This document shows, piece after piece, positions 45,868-56,234 of a DNA stretch of 64,000 nucleotides. Both the position numbers and the translations under genes were made by a program. Within the stretch, counting starts at the first letter, position 1, and each line of letters opens with the position of its first letter. The notes below the pieces were generated by a model. That model did no database searches and was not told the DNA's origin. It was given only the letters and a program-made list of their open reading frames with translations. The stretch is from an uncultured Gemmatimonadales bacterium (GTDB taxonomy: Bacteria; Gemmatimonadota; Gemmatimonadetes; Palauibacterales; Palauibacteraceae), in assembly GCA_963783385.1 (NCBI GenBank), contig CAWANJ010000001.1:320001-384000 (forward strand), written 5' to 3'.

Positions 45868-45898
45868 CGGGTTCCCCGCCCATTGAGCGGGGAACCCG
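45868..45898. terminator. Intergenic hairpin
   Basis: CGGGTTCCCCGC-N7-GCGGGGAACCCG, perfect 12-bp stem. Confidence 0.5.
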
Positions 45899-45918
45899 AG
45901 CCGAGAGGAGTCCTGCCC

Positions 45919-46296
45919 ATGAGCCGATCCGAGGCCCGGCACTACCGCTGGGATGACATGCCGCGCGAGCCGGTCACGGACGTGATCAGCCGTCGCCTGG
46001 TCACGGGCGAGCGCATGATGCTGGCCCACGTATACCTGGACCGGGGCGCGGTCGTGCCGAAGCACGAGCACGACAACGAGCAGATCACCTACATCCTCGA
46101 GGGGGCGCTCCGCTTCTGGCTGGGCGAGGACGGCCAGGAGGAGATCGTGGTCCGCGCCGGGGAGGTGCTCCACATCCCCTCCCACCTCCCGCACAAGGCG
46201 GAGGCGCTCGAGGACACGCTGGACGTCGACGTGTTCTGCCCTCCGCGCCAGGATTGGCTGGACGGGACGGACTCCTACTTCCACGAACAGGGGTGA
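45919..46296 (+). CDS. Cupin-domain protein
   Basis: PKHEHDNEQITYILEG and IPSHLPH metal-binding motifs. Confidence 0.9.
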   Translation: MSRSEARHYRWDDMPREPVTDVISRRLVTGERMMLAHVYLDRGAVVPKHEHDNEQITYILEGALRFWLGEDGQEEIVVRAGEVLHIPSHLPHKAEALEDTLDVDVFCPPRQDWLDGTDSYFHEQG

Positions 46297-46363
46297 GTCG
46301 GGCCCACGACCCGAGCGTGCCCCCGAAAATCCGCTGCAAGACGACCTGCCGGGAGAGGACCGC

Positions 46364-47140
46364 ATGGACCTGGGATTGAGCGAACGCGTGGCCCTCGTGG
46401 GCGGCTCGAGCACCGGCCTCGGACGGGCGGTGGCCCGAGAGCTGGCCGCCGAGGGCGCCGACGTGGTGCTGTGCGCCCGCGGAGCGGAGCAGCTCGAGGA
46501 GACGCGGGCCGCCATCGAGGCGGAGACGGGCGCCGACGTGGCCGCCGTGACCGCGGACCTGTCCACCCTCGAGGGCGTGGAAGCCGCCGCGACGGGAGCG
46601 GAGCGCGCCTTCGGGCGGGTCGACGTCCTGGTCACCAACACGGGCGGGCCGCCGGCCGGCTCGTTCGAGACGCACGACCTGGACACGTGGCGCTCGGCCG
46701 AGCGGCTCCTGCTCGAGAGCGTCGTGGAGCTGGTGCGGCGCGTCCTCCCGGGCATGAAGGAGCGCCGCTGGGGCCGGATCATCACGATCACCTCCATCGC
46801 GGTCAAGCAGCCCATCCAGAACCTCATCCTCTCGAACAGCCTGCGGGCGGCGGTCACGGGGCTGGCCCGCACGCTGGCCAACGACGTCGCCTCGCTCGGG
46901 ATCACGGTGAACAACGTGATGCCCGGCTACACGCGCACCCAGCGTCTCGAGGAGCTGTCGGGCGGTGCGCCGGGCGACGAGGGGGCCTTCGAGCACTGGA
47001 CGAGGGAGATTCCGATGGGCCGCATCGGAAGACCCCGCGAGCTGGCCGCGCTCGTGGCCTTCCTGGCCTCGGAGCGAGCCAGCTACATCACGGGCACCTC
47101 GGTGCCCGTGGATGGCGGCTGGATCCGGTCGCTGCTGTAG
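46364..47140 (+). CDS. SDR-family oxidoreductase
   Basis: GSSTGLG, NTGGP, SNSLR (no catalytic Tyr), PGYTRT, VDGG. Confidence 0.9.
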   Translation: MDLGLSERVALVGGSSTGLGRAVARELAAEGADVVLCARGAEQLEETRAAIEAETGADVAAVTADLSTLEGVEAAATGAERAFGRVDVLVTNTGGPPAGSFETHDLDTWRSAERLLLESVVELVRRVLPGMKERRWGRIITITSIAVKQPIQNLILSNSLRAAVTGLARTLANDVASLGITVNNVMPGYTRTQRLEELSGGAPGDEGAFEHWTREIPMGRIGRPRELAALVAFLASERASYITGTSVPVDGGWIRSLL

Positions 47141-47166
47141 CGGAACGAACCGAGTGGAGAGCTGAC

Positions 47167-48117
47167 ATGCCTGCGTCGCAGTTCACGGAGACAGAGTGGA
47201 TCTGGAAGGACGGGACGTTCATCCGGTGGGAGGACGCCCGCCTGCACGTCCTGGCCAGCGCCGTGCAGTTCGGCGCCTCGGTGTTCGAGGGGATCCGCTG
47301 TTACGAGACCCCCGAGGGACCGGCGGTCTTCCGGCTCTCGGACCATATCCGCCGCCTGATCGACTCGTGCCGGGTGTACCGTATGGTCCCCGACCACTCG
47401 CCGGAGGCGCTGGAGGAGGCGTGCGGCGCGGCCGTGGCGCGCAACGAGCTCGGCTCGTGCTACATACGGCCCACGGTGCTGAGAGGCTACGGGGCCGCCG
47501 GCCTCGACACCCGCTCCAGCCCGATCGAGACCTACATCCCCACGTGGCCGTGGGGAACCTACCTGGGGGAAGGCGCCCTCGAGAGGGGCGTCGACGTGTG
47601 CGTCTCGAGCTGGCACCGCCCGCACCCGAACACGTTTCCGGCCAGCGCCAAGGCCGGGGGCCACTACACGAACGCCACCCTGATCAAGCTCGAGGCCATC
47701 GCCAACGGCTTCTCCGAGGGGATCGCGCTCGGACCGGGCGGCCTGGTCAGCGAGGGGAGTGGGCAGAACCTGTTCCTGGTGCGCGACGGGGTCCTCGTCA
47801 CGCCGGACCTGGACGGAACCTCGCTACGCGGGATCACCCGGGACGCCGTCCTCACCCTGGCGGGCGACCTCGAGATCCCGGTGCGGGAGCAGCCGGTGCC
47901 CCGCGAGACCCTCTACTCGGCGGACGAGCTCTTCTTCACGGGCACGGCCGCCGAGGTGACGCCGGTTCGCAGCGTGGACCGGATCACGATCGGGGAGGGC
48001 GTCGCCGGGCCGGTGACCCGGGAGATCCAGGCGCGGTTCATGGCCATCGTGCACGGTGAGGCACCGGACGAGCACGGCTGGCTCACCCCCGTCGAGGCCC
48101 TGGCGAGCGCCGGCTAG
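47167..48117 (+). CDS. ilvE: Branched-chain amino acid aminotransferase (class IV)
   Basis: VFEGIRCY, YIRP, AKAGGHY, EGSGQNLF, LRGITR, GTAAEVTPV. Confidence 0.88.
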   Translation: MPASQFTETEWIWKDGTFIRWEDARLHVLASAVQFGASVFEGIRCYETPEGPAVFRLSDHIRRLIDSCRVYRMVPDHSPEALEEACGAAVARNELGSCYIRPTVLRGYGAAGLDTRSSPIETYIPTWPWGTYLGEGALERGVDVCVSSWHRPHPNTFPASAKAGGHYTNATLIKLEAIANGFSEGIALGPGGLVSEGSGQNLFLVRDGVLVTPDLDGTSLRGITRDAVLTLAGDLEIPVREQPVPRETLYSADELFFTGTAAEVTPVRSVDRITIGEGVAGPVTREIQARFMAIVHGEAPDEHGWLTPVEALASAG

Positions 48118-48185
48118 GACCGGGCGCCGCCGTCCGGACGGCCGGCGGCGGGCCGAGAGTCCCGCGGAGGCCGGGGGCCGACCCG

Positions 48186-49829
48186 TCACTCCCGGCCGAG
48201 CTCCCCGGCCCTGTGACGCATGGCCCCCCGGTCCACCTTCCCCAGGTGCGTGCGGGGCAGATCCTCCACCAGCACGACCCGCCTCGGGTACTTGTAGGCC
48301 GCCAGCCGCTCCCGGACCCAGGCCTGGAGCGCCTCGGCGAGATCCCCTTCGCCACCGCCCGAGGGTCGCCCCGCCCCGGCGTCGGTTCCACCGGCCGCGC
48401 CCGACCCCGCGCGCTCGGGCACCACGAAGGCCCACGGCTTGGTGAGGCCGGCCGCGTTGGCGGCCCCCACCACCACCGCCTCGCGCACGGCGGGGTGCTC
48501 CACGAGGCAGTCCTCCACCTCCTTGGGGGAGAGCCACTTTCCCGACACCTTGAGCATGTCGTCTCCACGGCCACAGTAGACGACGTACCCGTCCTCGTCC
48601 TCGCGGACCATGTCGCTGGAGGCGTACCACTCGCCGCGGAAGGCGCGCCGGGATTCGTCCATGCGCTGCCAGTAGCCGATGGCACGTGAGGCGCCCCGCA
48701 CCCACAGCCATCCCGTCTCGCCCCGGGGCAGCTGGCGACCCTCCTCGTCACACACCCGGACCTCGTAGCCGGGCACCGCCTTCCCCAGGGTGCCGGGCCG
48801 CACGTCGCCTCTCCGGTTGGAGAGGAAGATGTGCCACATCTCGGCCGTGCCGAGGCCGTCCAGCAGCTCGACGCCGAAGGTCCCGTCCCAGCGCCGGTGG
48901 AGCTCCACGGGCAGCGCCTCCCCGGCGGACGTCGACACCCGGAGGGACGACAGGTCGCGCGTGGAAGCCGACGGATCGTTCACCAGGCGGTTCACCATGG
49001 TGGGCACGTTGACGAGAACGGTGGGGCGGTGGCGCTCGATGAGGCCGAACAGGCGCTCTGCGGTGCAGCGCTCCGGGAACAGGACCGAGGTGGCGCCGAC
49101 CGCGAACGGGAAGAACAGGTTGGCTCCCATCGCGTAGCCGAAGTAGAGCTTGGGCACCGACAGGGTGACGTCCTCGGGCCCGTAGCCGATCACGTGCCCG
49201 CCGTAGCAGGCGGAGGCGTTGGCGTAGGAGGTGTGTGTCTGGACCGCCGCCTTGGGGCGGCCCGTGGTGCCACCCGAGAACAGCCAGATGGCCGCGTCGT
49301 CCCGGTGCGTGGGGAAGCTGTCGAATTCCTCCGGCGCCGAGGCCAGCGCCTCGTCGAAGGCCGGGTCCCCGACCACCAGCACGGCCTTGAGGAAATCGCG
49401 GCCCCCGCGCGCGGCCCGCTCCCTCGCCTCGAGGAAGGTCCCGACGCGATCCCGGTCGGTCACCAGCGCGGCTGCCCGCGTGTACTCGATGAAGTACTCG
49501 ATCTCCTCGGCCGACAGGCCCGGGTTCACCAGGGCCGCCACCGCCCCCGCCTTGAGCACGGCGAACAGGGTTGCCACCAGCTCGACCCCATCCGGGAGGG
49601 CCAGGAGAACGCGCTGCTCGGGCTCGACTCCGGCATCCCGGAGGCGGTGGGCGAACCGGTTGGCCAGGGCCTGGACCTCCGCGTACGTCCAGCGCCCCGT
49701 GTCGGTGACCACGGCCGTGCGCTCCCCGCGCCCCTCCCGCACGCGGTCGTCCAGGAAGTAGTCGGCGATGTTGAAGCGCTCGGGCGGCACGAACGGCACG
49801 TCGGTCGGGTCGGAAGCGGCTCCAGGCAT
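48186..49829 (-). CDS. Benzoate-CoA ligase family enzyme, probable 2-aminobenzoate-CoA ligase
   Basis: FSGGTTGRPK, KLYFGY, SAGEALP, DGLGTAEMWHIF, GRGDDMLKVSG, LPRTHLGK; divergent from the abm-like operon. Confidence 0.88.
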   Translation of the reverse strand: MPGAASDPTDVPFVPPERFNIADYFLDDRVREGRGERTAVVTDTGRWTYAEVQALANRFAHRLRDAGVEPEQRVLLALPDGVELVATLFAVLKAGAVAALVNPGLSAEEIEYFIEYTRAAALVTDRDRVGTFLEARERAARGGRDFLKAVLVVGDPAFDEALASAPEEFDSFPTHRDDAAIWLFSGGTTGRPKAAVQTHTSYANASACYGGHVIGYGPEDVTLSVPKLYFGYAMGANLFFPFAVGATSVLFPERCTAERLFGLIERHRPTVLVNVPTMVNRLVNDPSASTRDLSSLRVSTSAGEALPVELHRRWDGTFGVELLDGLGTAEMWHIFLSNRRGDVRPGTLGKAVPGYEVRVCDEEGRQLPRGETGWLWVRGASRAIGYWQRMDESRRAFRGEWYASSDMVREDEDGYVVYCGRGDDMLKVSGKWLSPKEVEDCLVEHPAVREAVVVGAANAAGLTKPWAFVVPERAGSGAAGGTDAGAGRPSGGGEGDLAEALQAWVRERLAAYKYPRRVVLVEDLPRTHLGKVDRGAMRHRAGELGRE

Positions 49830-49938
49830 GTGCGAAATGTCGCCCTCGCGCTAGAATTACTCAACGGCGGGCGGAGAACGTGGGCGCGGCCCGCGTCCCC
49901 CGCGAGGCGATGCGAGGCGGTGCCGGCGCAGGAGGAGC

Positions 49939-50712
49939 ATGCCCGTACGGGAGATGTCGGAGTGCACGTGGGAGGAGCTCGGATCCCTGGATCCGGAGCG
50001 CACGGTCGCCCTCCTGCCCATCGGCGCGGTGGAGGCGCACGGTCCCCACCTTCCGCTGTCCACCGACATCATCATGGCGGAGGCGATGGTCGCGGAGGGA
50101 GCTCGCCGCCTGGCGGACCGGGGGTTCGAGGTGCTCGTCCTGCCGCCCCTCGCCTACACGGCCGCCGGCTTCGCGGCCGGCTTCCCGGGCACGATCGACA
50201 TCCGGCCGGAGACGGTGACCGCCCTCGTCGTGGACGTGGCCGCCAGCCTGGCCCGCCACGGCGTGGGGGCCCTGGGCTTCGCCAGTCCGCACGTGGACCC
50301 CACGCACCGGGCGGCGATGCGGGCGGCGCGGGACGAGATCGTCCGGCGCGGCCTCCTCGTCCCGGTCTTCCCCGACCTCGCCTCCCGGCGATGGGCCCCG
50401 CGGCTGGGGGCGGAGTTCCTGTCCGGCGCCTGCCACGCGGGCCGATTCGAGGGCTCGGTCGTCCTGGCGGCGCGCCCCGACCTGGTCCGGGAAGCGGTCC
50501 GACGCTCCCTGCCGCCCGTCGATGCCTCGCTGTCCGACGCGATCCGGGACGGGAAGACGAGCTTCCGGGAAGCGGGGGCGGCGCGGGCCTACTGCGGCGC
50601 ACCGGCGGAGGCCACGGCCGAGGAGGGCCGGGAGACGATCGGGACGCTGGGGGCGATCCTCGAGGAGGCCGTGCTGGCCGAGCTCCCCGAGGGCGCGGAG
50701 AGGGGCGCGTGA
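49939..50712 (+). CDS. Creatininase/ArfB-family metallo-amidohydrolase
   Basis: AGGAGG RBS; LLPIGAVEAHGPHLPLSTD, FPGTI, HAGRFEGS, ATAEEG. Confidence 0.88.
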   Translation: MPVREMSECTWEELGSLDPERTVALLPIGAVEAHGPHLPLSTDIIMAEAMVAEGARRLADRGFEVLVLPPLAYTAAGFAAGFPGTIDIRPETVTALVVDVAASLARHGVGALGFASPHVDPTHRAAMRAARDEIVRRGLLVPVFPDLASRRWAPRLGAEFLSGACHAGRFEGSVVLAARPDLVREAVRRSLPPVDASLSDAIRDGKTSFREAGAARAYCGAPAEATAEEGRETIGTLGAILEEAVLAELPEGAERGA

Positions 50713-51485
50713 GCCTCGCGGGCCGCACCGCCGTCGTCACCGGTGGCGGCCGCGGCATCGGTGCGGCCGCCGTCCGCGCCCTGTCGGAGGCCGGGGCAGC
50801 CGTCGTCGTCAGCGCGCGCACGGCCGGCGAGATCGAGGCCGTGGCCGACGACATCCGCTCCGCCGGCGGACGTGCCGTGGCCGTGCCCTGCGACGTCTCG
50901 GACCCCGACGCGGTCGCGGCCCTCGGCGAGGCGGCGACCAGCGAGTTCGGTCCCGTGGACATCCTGGTGCACGGGGCCGGGATCGCCTCCTCCGCCCCCA
51001 TCGGGCAGCTCGAGCTGGAAGAGTGGCGGCGGGTGCTCGAGGTGAACGCCACCGGCGCCTTCCTCTGCACCCGGGCCTTCCTGCCCGGCATGGCCGAGCG
51101 CGGCTGGGGCCGGGTCGTGTACGTGGCTTCGGTGGCCGGGCTCGCCGGGGCGCGGTACATCGCCGCTTACTCCGCCTCCAAGCACGCCGTGGTGGGGCTG
51201 ACCCGCTGCGCCGCGGCCGAGGTGGCCGGCCGGGGGGTCACCGTGAACGCCCTGTGCCCCGGCTACGTGGACACGGCCATGACACGGGACTCGGTGGCCA
51301 ACATCGCGGCCACCACGGGCCGAACGCCGGAGGAGGCCCTCGGGATCCTCCGCTCCGACAATCCCCAGGGTCGTCTCATCGAGCCCGGCGAGGTGGCGGA
51401 CGCGGCCGTGTGGCTGTGCGGGGAGGGAGCGCGCGGCGTGAACGGACAGGCCCTGGTGATCGACGGAGGAGGACTCCTGGCGTGA
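50709..51485 (+). CDS. SDR oxidoreductase (3-hydroxyacyl-CoA dehydrogenase-like, abm cluster)
   Basis: TGGGRGIG, YSASK, CPGYVDT; GTGA coupling. Confidence 0.9.
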   Translation: MSLAGRTAVVTGGGRGIGAAAVRALSEAGAAVVVSARTAGEIEAVADDIRSAGGRAVAVPCDVSDPDAVAALGEAATSEFGPVDILVHGAGIASSAPIGQLELEEWRRVLEVNATGAFLCTRAFLPGMAERGWGRVVYVASVAGLAGARYIAAYSASKHAVVGLTRCAAAEVAGRGVTVNALCPGYVDTAMTRDSVANIAATTGRTPEEALGILRSDNPQGRLIEPGEVADAAVWLCGEGARGVNGQALVIDGGGLLA

Positions 51486-51892
51486 GTTACCGGATCGTGA
51501 ACCCCGAGGCCCTCGGGGAGCCCCGCGGCTGGAGCAACGGGCTCCTGGCCCCGGCCGGGGGCCGGCTGCTGCTGGTGGCCGGCCAGACGGACCGCGACGC
51601 CGACGGGAGCATCCGGGGCGCGACCTTCGTGGAGCAGTTCCGGGGCGCCCTCTCCAACGTCCTGGCCGTGGTTCGCGAGGCAGGCGGCGCGGCCGGCCAC
51701 ATCGGGAGGCTCACCGTGTACGTCACGGACCTGGCCGCCTACCGGGCCTCGCGCCGGCCGCTGGGCCAGGCGTACCGGGACCTCATGGGCCGACACTACC
51801 CGGCCATGGCCGTGCTCGAGGTGGCCGGCCTGGTGGACGAGGGCGCCGTGGTCGAGATCGAAGCCACGGCCGTCCTGCCGCCCGACGCGTGA
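51482..51892 (+). CDS. RidA/YjgF-family protein
   Basis: NPEALGEPRGWSNG, VAGQ, YPAM, VEIEATA; GTGA coupling. Confidence 0.9.
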   Translation: MSYRIVNPEALGEPRGWSNGLLAPAGGRLLLVAGQTDRDADGSIRGATFVEQFRGALSNVLAVVREAGGAAGHIGRLTVYVTDLAAYRASRRPLGQAYRDLMGRHYPAMAVLEVAGLVDEGAVVEIEATAVLPPDA

Positions 51893-51928
51893 TCCGCGCT
51901 CGACCCGTGACCCGCACAGGAGACACGC

Positions 51929-52729
51929 ATGCCCATTGAGCTCACGTCGTTCCTCTACGAGCACGACGAGGCCACCTCGGTGGCCACCATCACCCTGAAC
52001 CGGCCCGAACGTCTCAACGCACTCACCTTCGAGGTCTACGAGGAGCTCCGGGACACCTTCCGCGCCCTGGACACCGAGCCGGGCGTGCGCGCCGTGCTCC
52101 TGACGGGCCGCGGACGCGGCTTCTGCTCCGGCGGCGATGTGGAGGACATCATCGGCCGCCTGTTCGAACGCGATTACCAGGGGCTCCTCGCCTTCACGCG
52201 GCTCACCTGCGACCTCATCGCCTCGATCCGGGCCTGCCGCCGCCCGGTGGTGGCGGCCCTCAACGGGACCGTGGCCGGGGCCGGGGCGGTGATCGCCTCG
52301 GCCTGCGACCTGAGGATCGCGTCGGAGACGGCGAAGATCGCCTTCCTGTTCGTGCGGGTCGGGCTCTCGGGGGCCGACATGGGCGCCTCCTGGCTCCTCC
52401 CGCGCATCGTCGGGATGGGCCGGGCGACCGAGCTCCTCATGACCGGCGACTTCATCGACGCGGCCGAGGCGCACCGGATCGGCCTCTACAACCGCGTCGT
52501 CCCGCCCGACGCCGTGGTGGCGGAGGCCCGGGCCCTCGCGGAGAAGCTGGCCCGCGGCCCGTCCTTCGCGCTCGAGGTCACCAAGGACGCTCTCAACCGG
52601 GAGGCCACCCTGGACCTGGACAGCGCCCTGGAGGCCGAGGCGAAGGTGCAGGCGGTGTGCATGCAGAACCCCAACTTCCGCGAGTCCTACGAGGCCTTCG
52701 TGGAGAAGCGCGACCCGGCCTTCGAATGA
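51929..52729 (+). CDS. Enoyl-CoA hydratase/isomerase family protein
   Basis: ITLNRPERLNAL, FCSGGD, GAGAVIA, GLSGADMG, KRDPAF. Confidence 0.92.
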   Translation: MPIELTSFLYEHDEATSVATITLNRPERLNALTFEVYEELRDTFRALDTEPGVRAVLLTGRGRGFCSGGDVEDIIGRLFERDYQGLLAFTRLTCDLIASIRACRRPVVAALNGTVAGAGAVIASACDLRIASETAKIAFLFVRVGLSGADMGASWLLPRIVGMGRATELLMTGDFIDAAEAHRIGLYNRVVPPDAVVAEARALAEKLARGPSFALEVTKDALNREATLDLDSALEAEAKVQAVCMQNPNFRESYEAFVEKRDPAFE

Positions 52730-53955
52730 CGGACGCTTCGCGCGCCGGGCCGGACCGGAACGACCGGGGCTTCGGTCCGGACCCCGGGCCGGTGCGAGCC
52801 TTCCTGGACGAGCGCCACCTGGAGCTGGCGGGACGGGCCGCGGCGTTCGGCGCGGAGGTCGTCGCCGCGCGCCCCGAACCCGCCGATGACGCGGCGGCCC
52901 GGCACGAGGCGCGCGCCCTGGTCGACCTCCTGGGGGAGGAAGGGTGGCTCGGCCCGATCGCCGCCCAGGACTTCCGCGCGTGCTGCCTGGTGCGGGAGGC
53001 GCTGGCCGCATCCTCACCGCTGGCGGACGCCGTGTTCGCCCTCCAGGCGCTCGCCGCCACGCCGCTGGTGCTGGAGGGAGAGGGGGCGGCGCGCGAGCGG
53101 TGGCTGGGTCCGGCGGTCCGCGGCCGGGCCATGGGGGCGTTCGCCATGACCGAGCCGGAGGCGGGCTCGGACGTGGCCGCCCTGTCCACGCGCGCGGTCC
53201 GCGACGGCGACGCCTACGTGCTCGACGGCCGCAAGACGTTCATCTCCAACGCCGGCATCGCCGATTTCTACGTGACCTTCGCGGTGACCGACCCGGACGC
53301 CGGGCGGCGAGGCGTGTCGGCCTTCGCCGTCCCGGCGGACGCGCCGGGCCTCTTTTTCGTGGGACCCCAGGTCCTCTCCTCGCCCCACCCGCTGGGCGAG
53401 ATCGCGCTGGAGGGGTGCCGGGTGCCGGCCTCGGCCCGGATCGGGGAGGAGGGACGCGGATTCGGGCTCGGGATGGCCACGCTCGACCGCCTGCGCCCCA
53501 CGGTAGCGGCCGCCGCGTGCGGGATGGCCGCCCGGGCGCTGCAGGAAGCCCTGGGCCACGCCGTGACTCGCCGCCAGTTCGGGAAGCCGCTGGCCGACTT
53601 CCAGCTCGTGCAGGAGAAGCTGGCCCGTATGGCCACCGAGCTCACGGCGGCGCGGCTGCTCACCTACCGGGCCGCCTGGGAGCGGGACCGGGGCGCCGAG
53701 CGCACGTCGGTCGAGTCCGCCATGGCCAAGGCGCACGCCACGGAGGCCGCCCAGCGCATCGTGGACGAGGCGGTGCAGATCCTGGGCGGCCGGGGCGTTC
53801 TGGCCGCGCACCCCGTGGACCGCCTGTACCGGTCGGTGCGGGCCCTCCGGATCTACGAGGGGACGACCGAGATCCAGCGGCTCATCATCGCCGGGCACCT
53901 GATCGAGGCCGCGCGGGAGGCCGCGGCGCCGGGCGGCGCGGAGTCGTCGGCATGA
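52726..53955 (+). CDS. Acyl-CoA dehydrogenase
   Basis: [44 protein letters not shown]. Confidence 0.94.
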   Translation: MTDASRAGPDRNDRGFGPDPGPVRAFLDERHLELAGRAAAFGAEVVAARPEPADDAAARHEARALVDLLGEEGWLGPIAAQDFRACCLVREALAASSPLADAVFALQALAATPLVLEGEGAARERWLGPAVRGRAMGAFAMTEPEAGSDVAALSTRAVRDGDAYVLDGRKTFISNAGIADFYVTFAVTDPDAGRRGVSAFAVPADAPGLFFVGPQVLSSPHPLGEIALEGCRVPASARIGEEGRGFGLGMATLDRLRPTVAAAACGMAARALQEALGHAVTRRQFGKPLADFQLVQEKLARMATELTAARLLTYRAAWERDRGAERTSVESAMAKAHATEAAQRIVDEAVQILGGRGVLAAHPVDRLYRSVRALRIYEGTTEIQRLIIAGHLIEAAREAAAPGGAESSA

Positions 53956-56232
53956 GGATCGTGTGCGTGGGGGGCGGCCCCGCCGGCCTGTTCTTCTCGA
54001 TCCTCATGCGCCTGCGGGACGACGCGCACGAGGTCACGGTCCTGGAGCGGAACCCTCCCGGGGCGACCTACGGCTTCGGGGTCGTGTTCTCGGACGCCAC
54101 CCTGGAGGAGATCGCGGCCGGCGACCCCCCCAGCTACGCGGAGATCACGCGCCACTTCCACCACTGGGACGACATCGACATCCACTACCGGGGGGAGCTC
54201 CTGCGCTCCACCGGGCACGGGTTCAGCGGGCTGGCGCGCTCGACGCTGCTCGAGATCCTCTCGGCGCGGGCCCGGGAGCTCGGCGTGGACCTCCAGCACG
54301 GCGTCGACGTGACCGACCCCTCGCCCTGGGAGGACGCCGATCTCCTGGTGGCCGCCGACGGCGTGAACAGCACGGTGCGGGAGCTCCATCCCGAGCGCTA
54401 CGAGCCCCGGATCGACCTTCGCCCCAACCGGTTCGTGTGGCTCGGAACGACCCGTCCGTTCCCCGCCTTCACCTTCTACTTCCGGGAGGACGAGCACGGC
54501 CTGTGGCGCGTGCACGCCTACCAGTACGAGCCCGCGGAGGGCGGCGAGGCGCGCTCGACCTTCATCGTCGAGGCGCGCGAGGAGACCTGGGCAGCGACGG
54601 GGCTGCCCGAGGACGACGAGGAGGCGGCGGCCGCCTTCTGCGCCGACCTGTTCGAGGAGGAGCTGGAGGGACACCCGCTCGTCCTGAACCGCTCGATCTG
54701 GCGCCGCTTCCCGACGCTCCGCACCGGGCGGTGGTGGCACGGAAACACGGTGCTCATCGGGGACGCCGCCCACACCGCCCACTTCTCGGTGGGCTCGGGC
54801 ACCCGGATGGCGATGCTGGACGCCATCGCGCTGCGTGACGCGCTCGCGGCGCACGACGGAGAGCCTTGCCGGGCCCTGCCGGCCTACGAGGAGGCGCGGC
54901 GCCCGGAGGTCGAGAGCCTGCAGCGCGCCGCACGGGCCAGCCTGGAGTGGTTCGAGGGCACCGAGCGCTACATGGACGACGAGCCCGAGCAGTTCGCCTT
55001 CAGCCTCCTCACGCGCAGCCTCCGCATCACGCACCAGGACCTGCGCATCCGGGACCCGGTCTTCACCGCGGGGGTGGACCGGCGGTTCGCGGAGCGGGCG
55101 GCCGGGCAGGCGGAGGTGGCGGTGCCGACCGACCCGCCCCCTCCCCCGATGTTCACCCCCTTCCGCCTGCGCGGGCTGCTGCTCCAGAACCGCGTGGTGG
55201 TCTCCGCCATGTGCCAGTACTCGGCGGCGGACGGGACGCCGGACGACTGGCACCTCGTCCACCTGGGGAGCCGGGCCGTGGGGGGTGCGGGGCTCGTGAT
55301 GAGCGAGATGACCAACGTGAGCGCCCGGGGGCGGATCTCGCCGGGGTGCACGGGCATGTACCTCCCCGAGCACGTTCCGGCCTGGAAGCGGATCGTCGAC
55401 TTCGTGCACGACCAGAGCCGGGCCAAGATCGGCCTCCAGCTCGGACACGCGGGCCGCAAGGGCTCCACGAGGCTCTCCTGGGAGGGGGACGTGGAACCGC
55501 TCGAGGAGGGCGGCTGGGACGTCCTGGCACCGTCCGCGCTTCCCTGGAAGCCCGAGAACCCCGTCCCACGGCCCATGGATCGCCAGGACATGGACCGGGT
55601 GCGGGAGGAGTACGTGCGGGCCGCCGAGAATGGCCATGGAGGCGGGCTTCGACCTCCTCGAGATCCACTTCGCCCACGGTTACCTGCTGGCCAGCTTCAT
55701 CTCCCCACTCACCAACACGCGCGAGGACGAGTACGGCGGGCCGCTGGAGAACCGGATGCGCTACCCGCTGGAGGTGCTGCGCGCCGTGCGGGCCGTGTGG
55801 CCCGAGGACCGGCCCATTTCCGTGCGGATCTCGGCGGTCGATTGGGCGCCGGGAGGCATGACGGCCGACGACGCGGTGGAGGTGGCCCGCAGGGTCGCCG
55901 GGGCGGGCGGCGATATCGTGGACGTGTCGGCCGGACAGACGGTCCCGTGGCAGCAGCCGCGCTACGGGCGACAGTTCCAGACACCCTTCGCCGACCGGAT
56001 CCGGCACGAGGTGGGGATCCCGACCATGGCGGTCGGGAACATCTCCTCGTTCATGGACGTGAACACGATCCTCGCGGCGGGCCGAGCGGACCTGTGCTGC
56101 CTGGCGCGGGCCCACCTGTGGGAGCCGTACTGGACGCGCCACGCCGCGTACGCCCTCGGGTACGACCTGCCGTGGCCGAAGCCATACTCGACGCTGGACG
56201 ACTATACCCCCCGCTTCGAATGGGGCTACTAG
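53952..56232 (+). CDS. abmA: 2-aminobenzoyl-CoA monooxygenase/reductase (bifunctional salicylyl-CoA 5-hydroxylase type), frameshift at about 55630
   Basis: [37 protein letters not shown] fused to an OYE domain ([16 protein letters not shown], then HFAHGYLL in the next frame); removing one A at 55629-55630 restores [11 protein letters not shown]. Confidence 0.9.
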
Positions 56233-56234
56233 AC

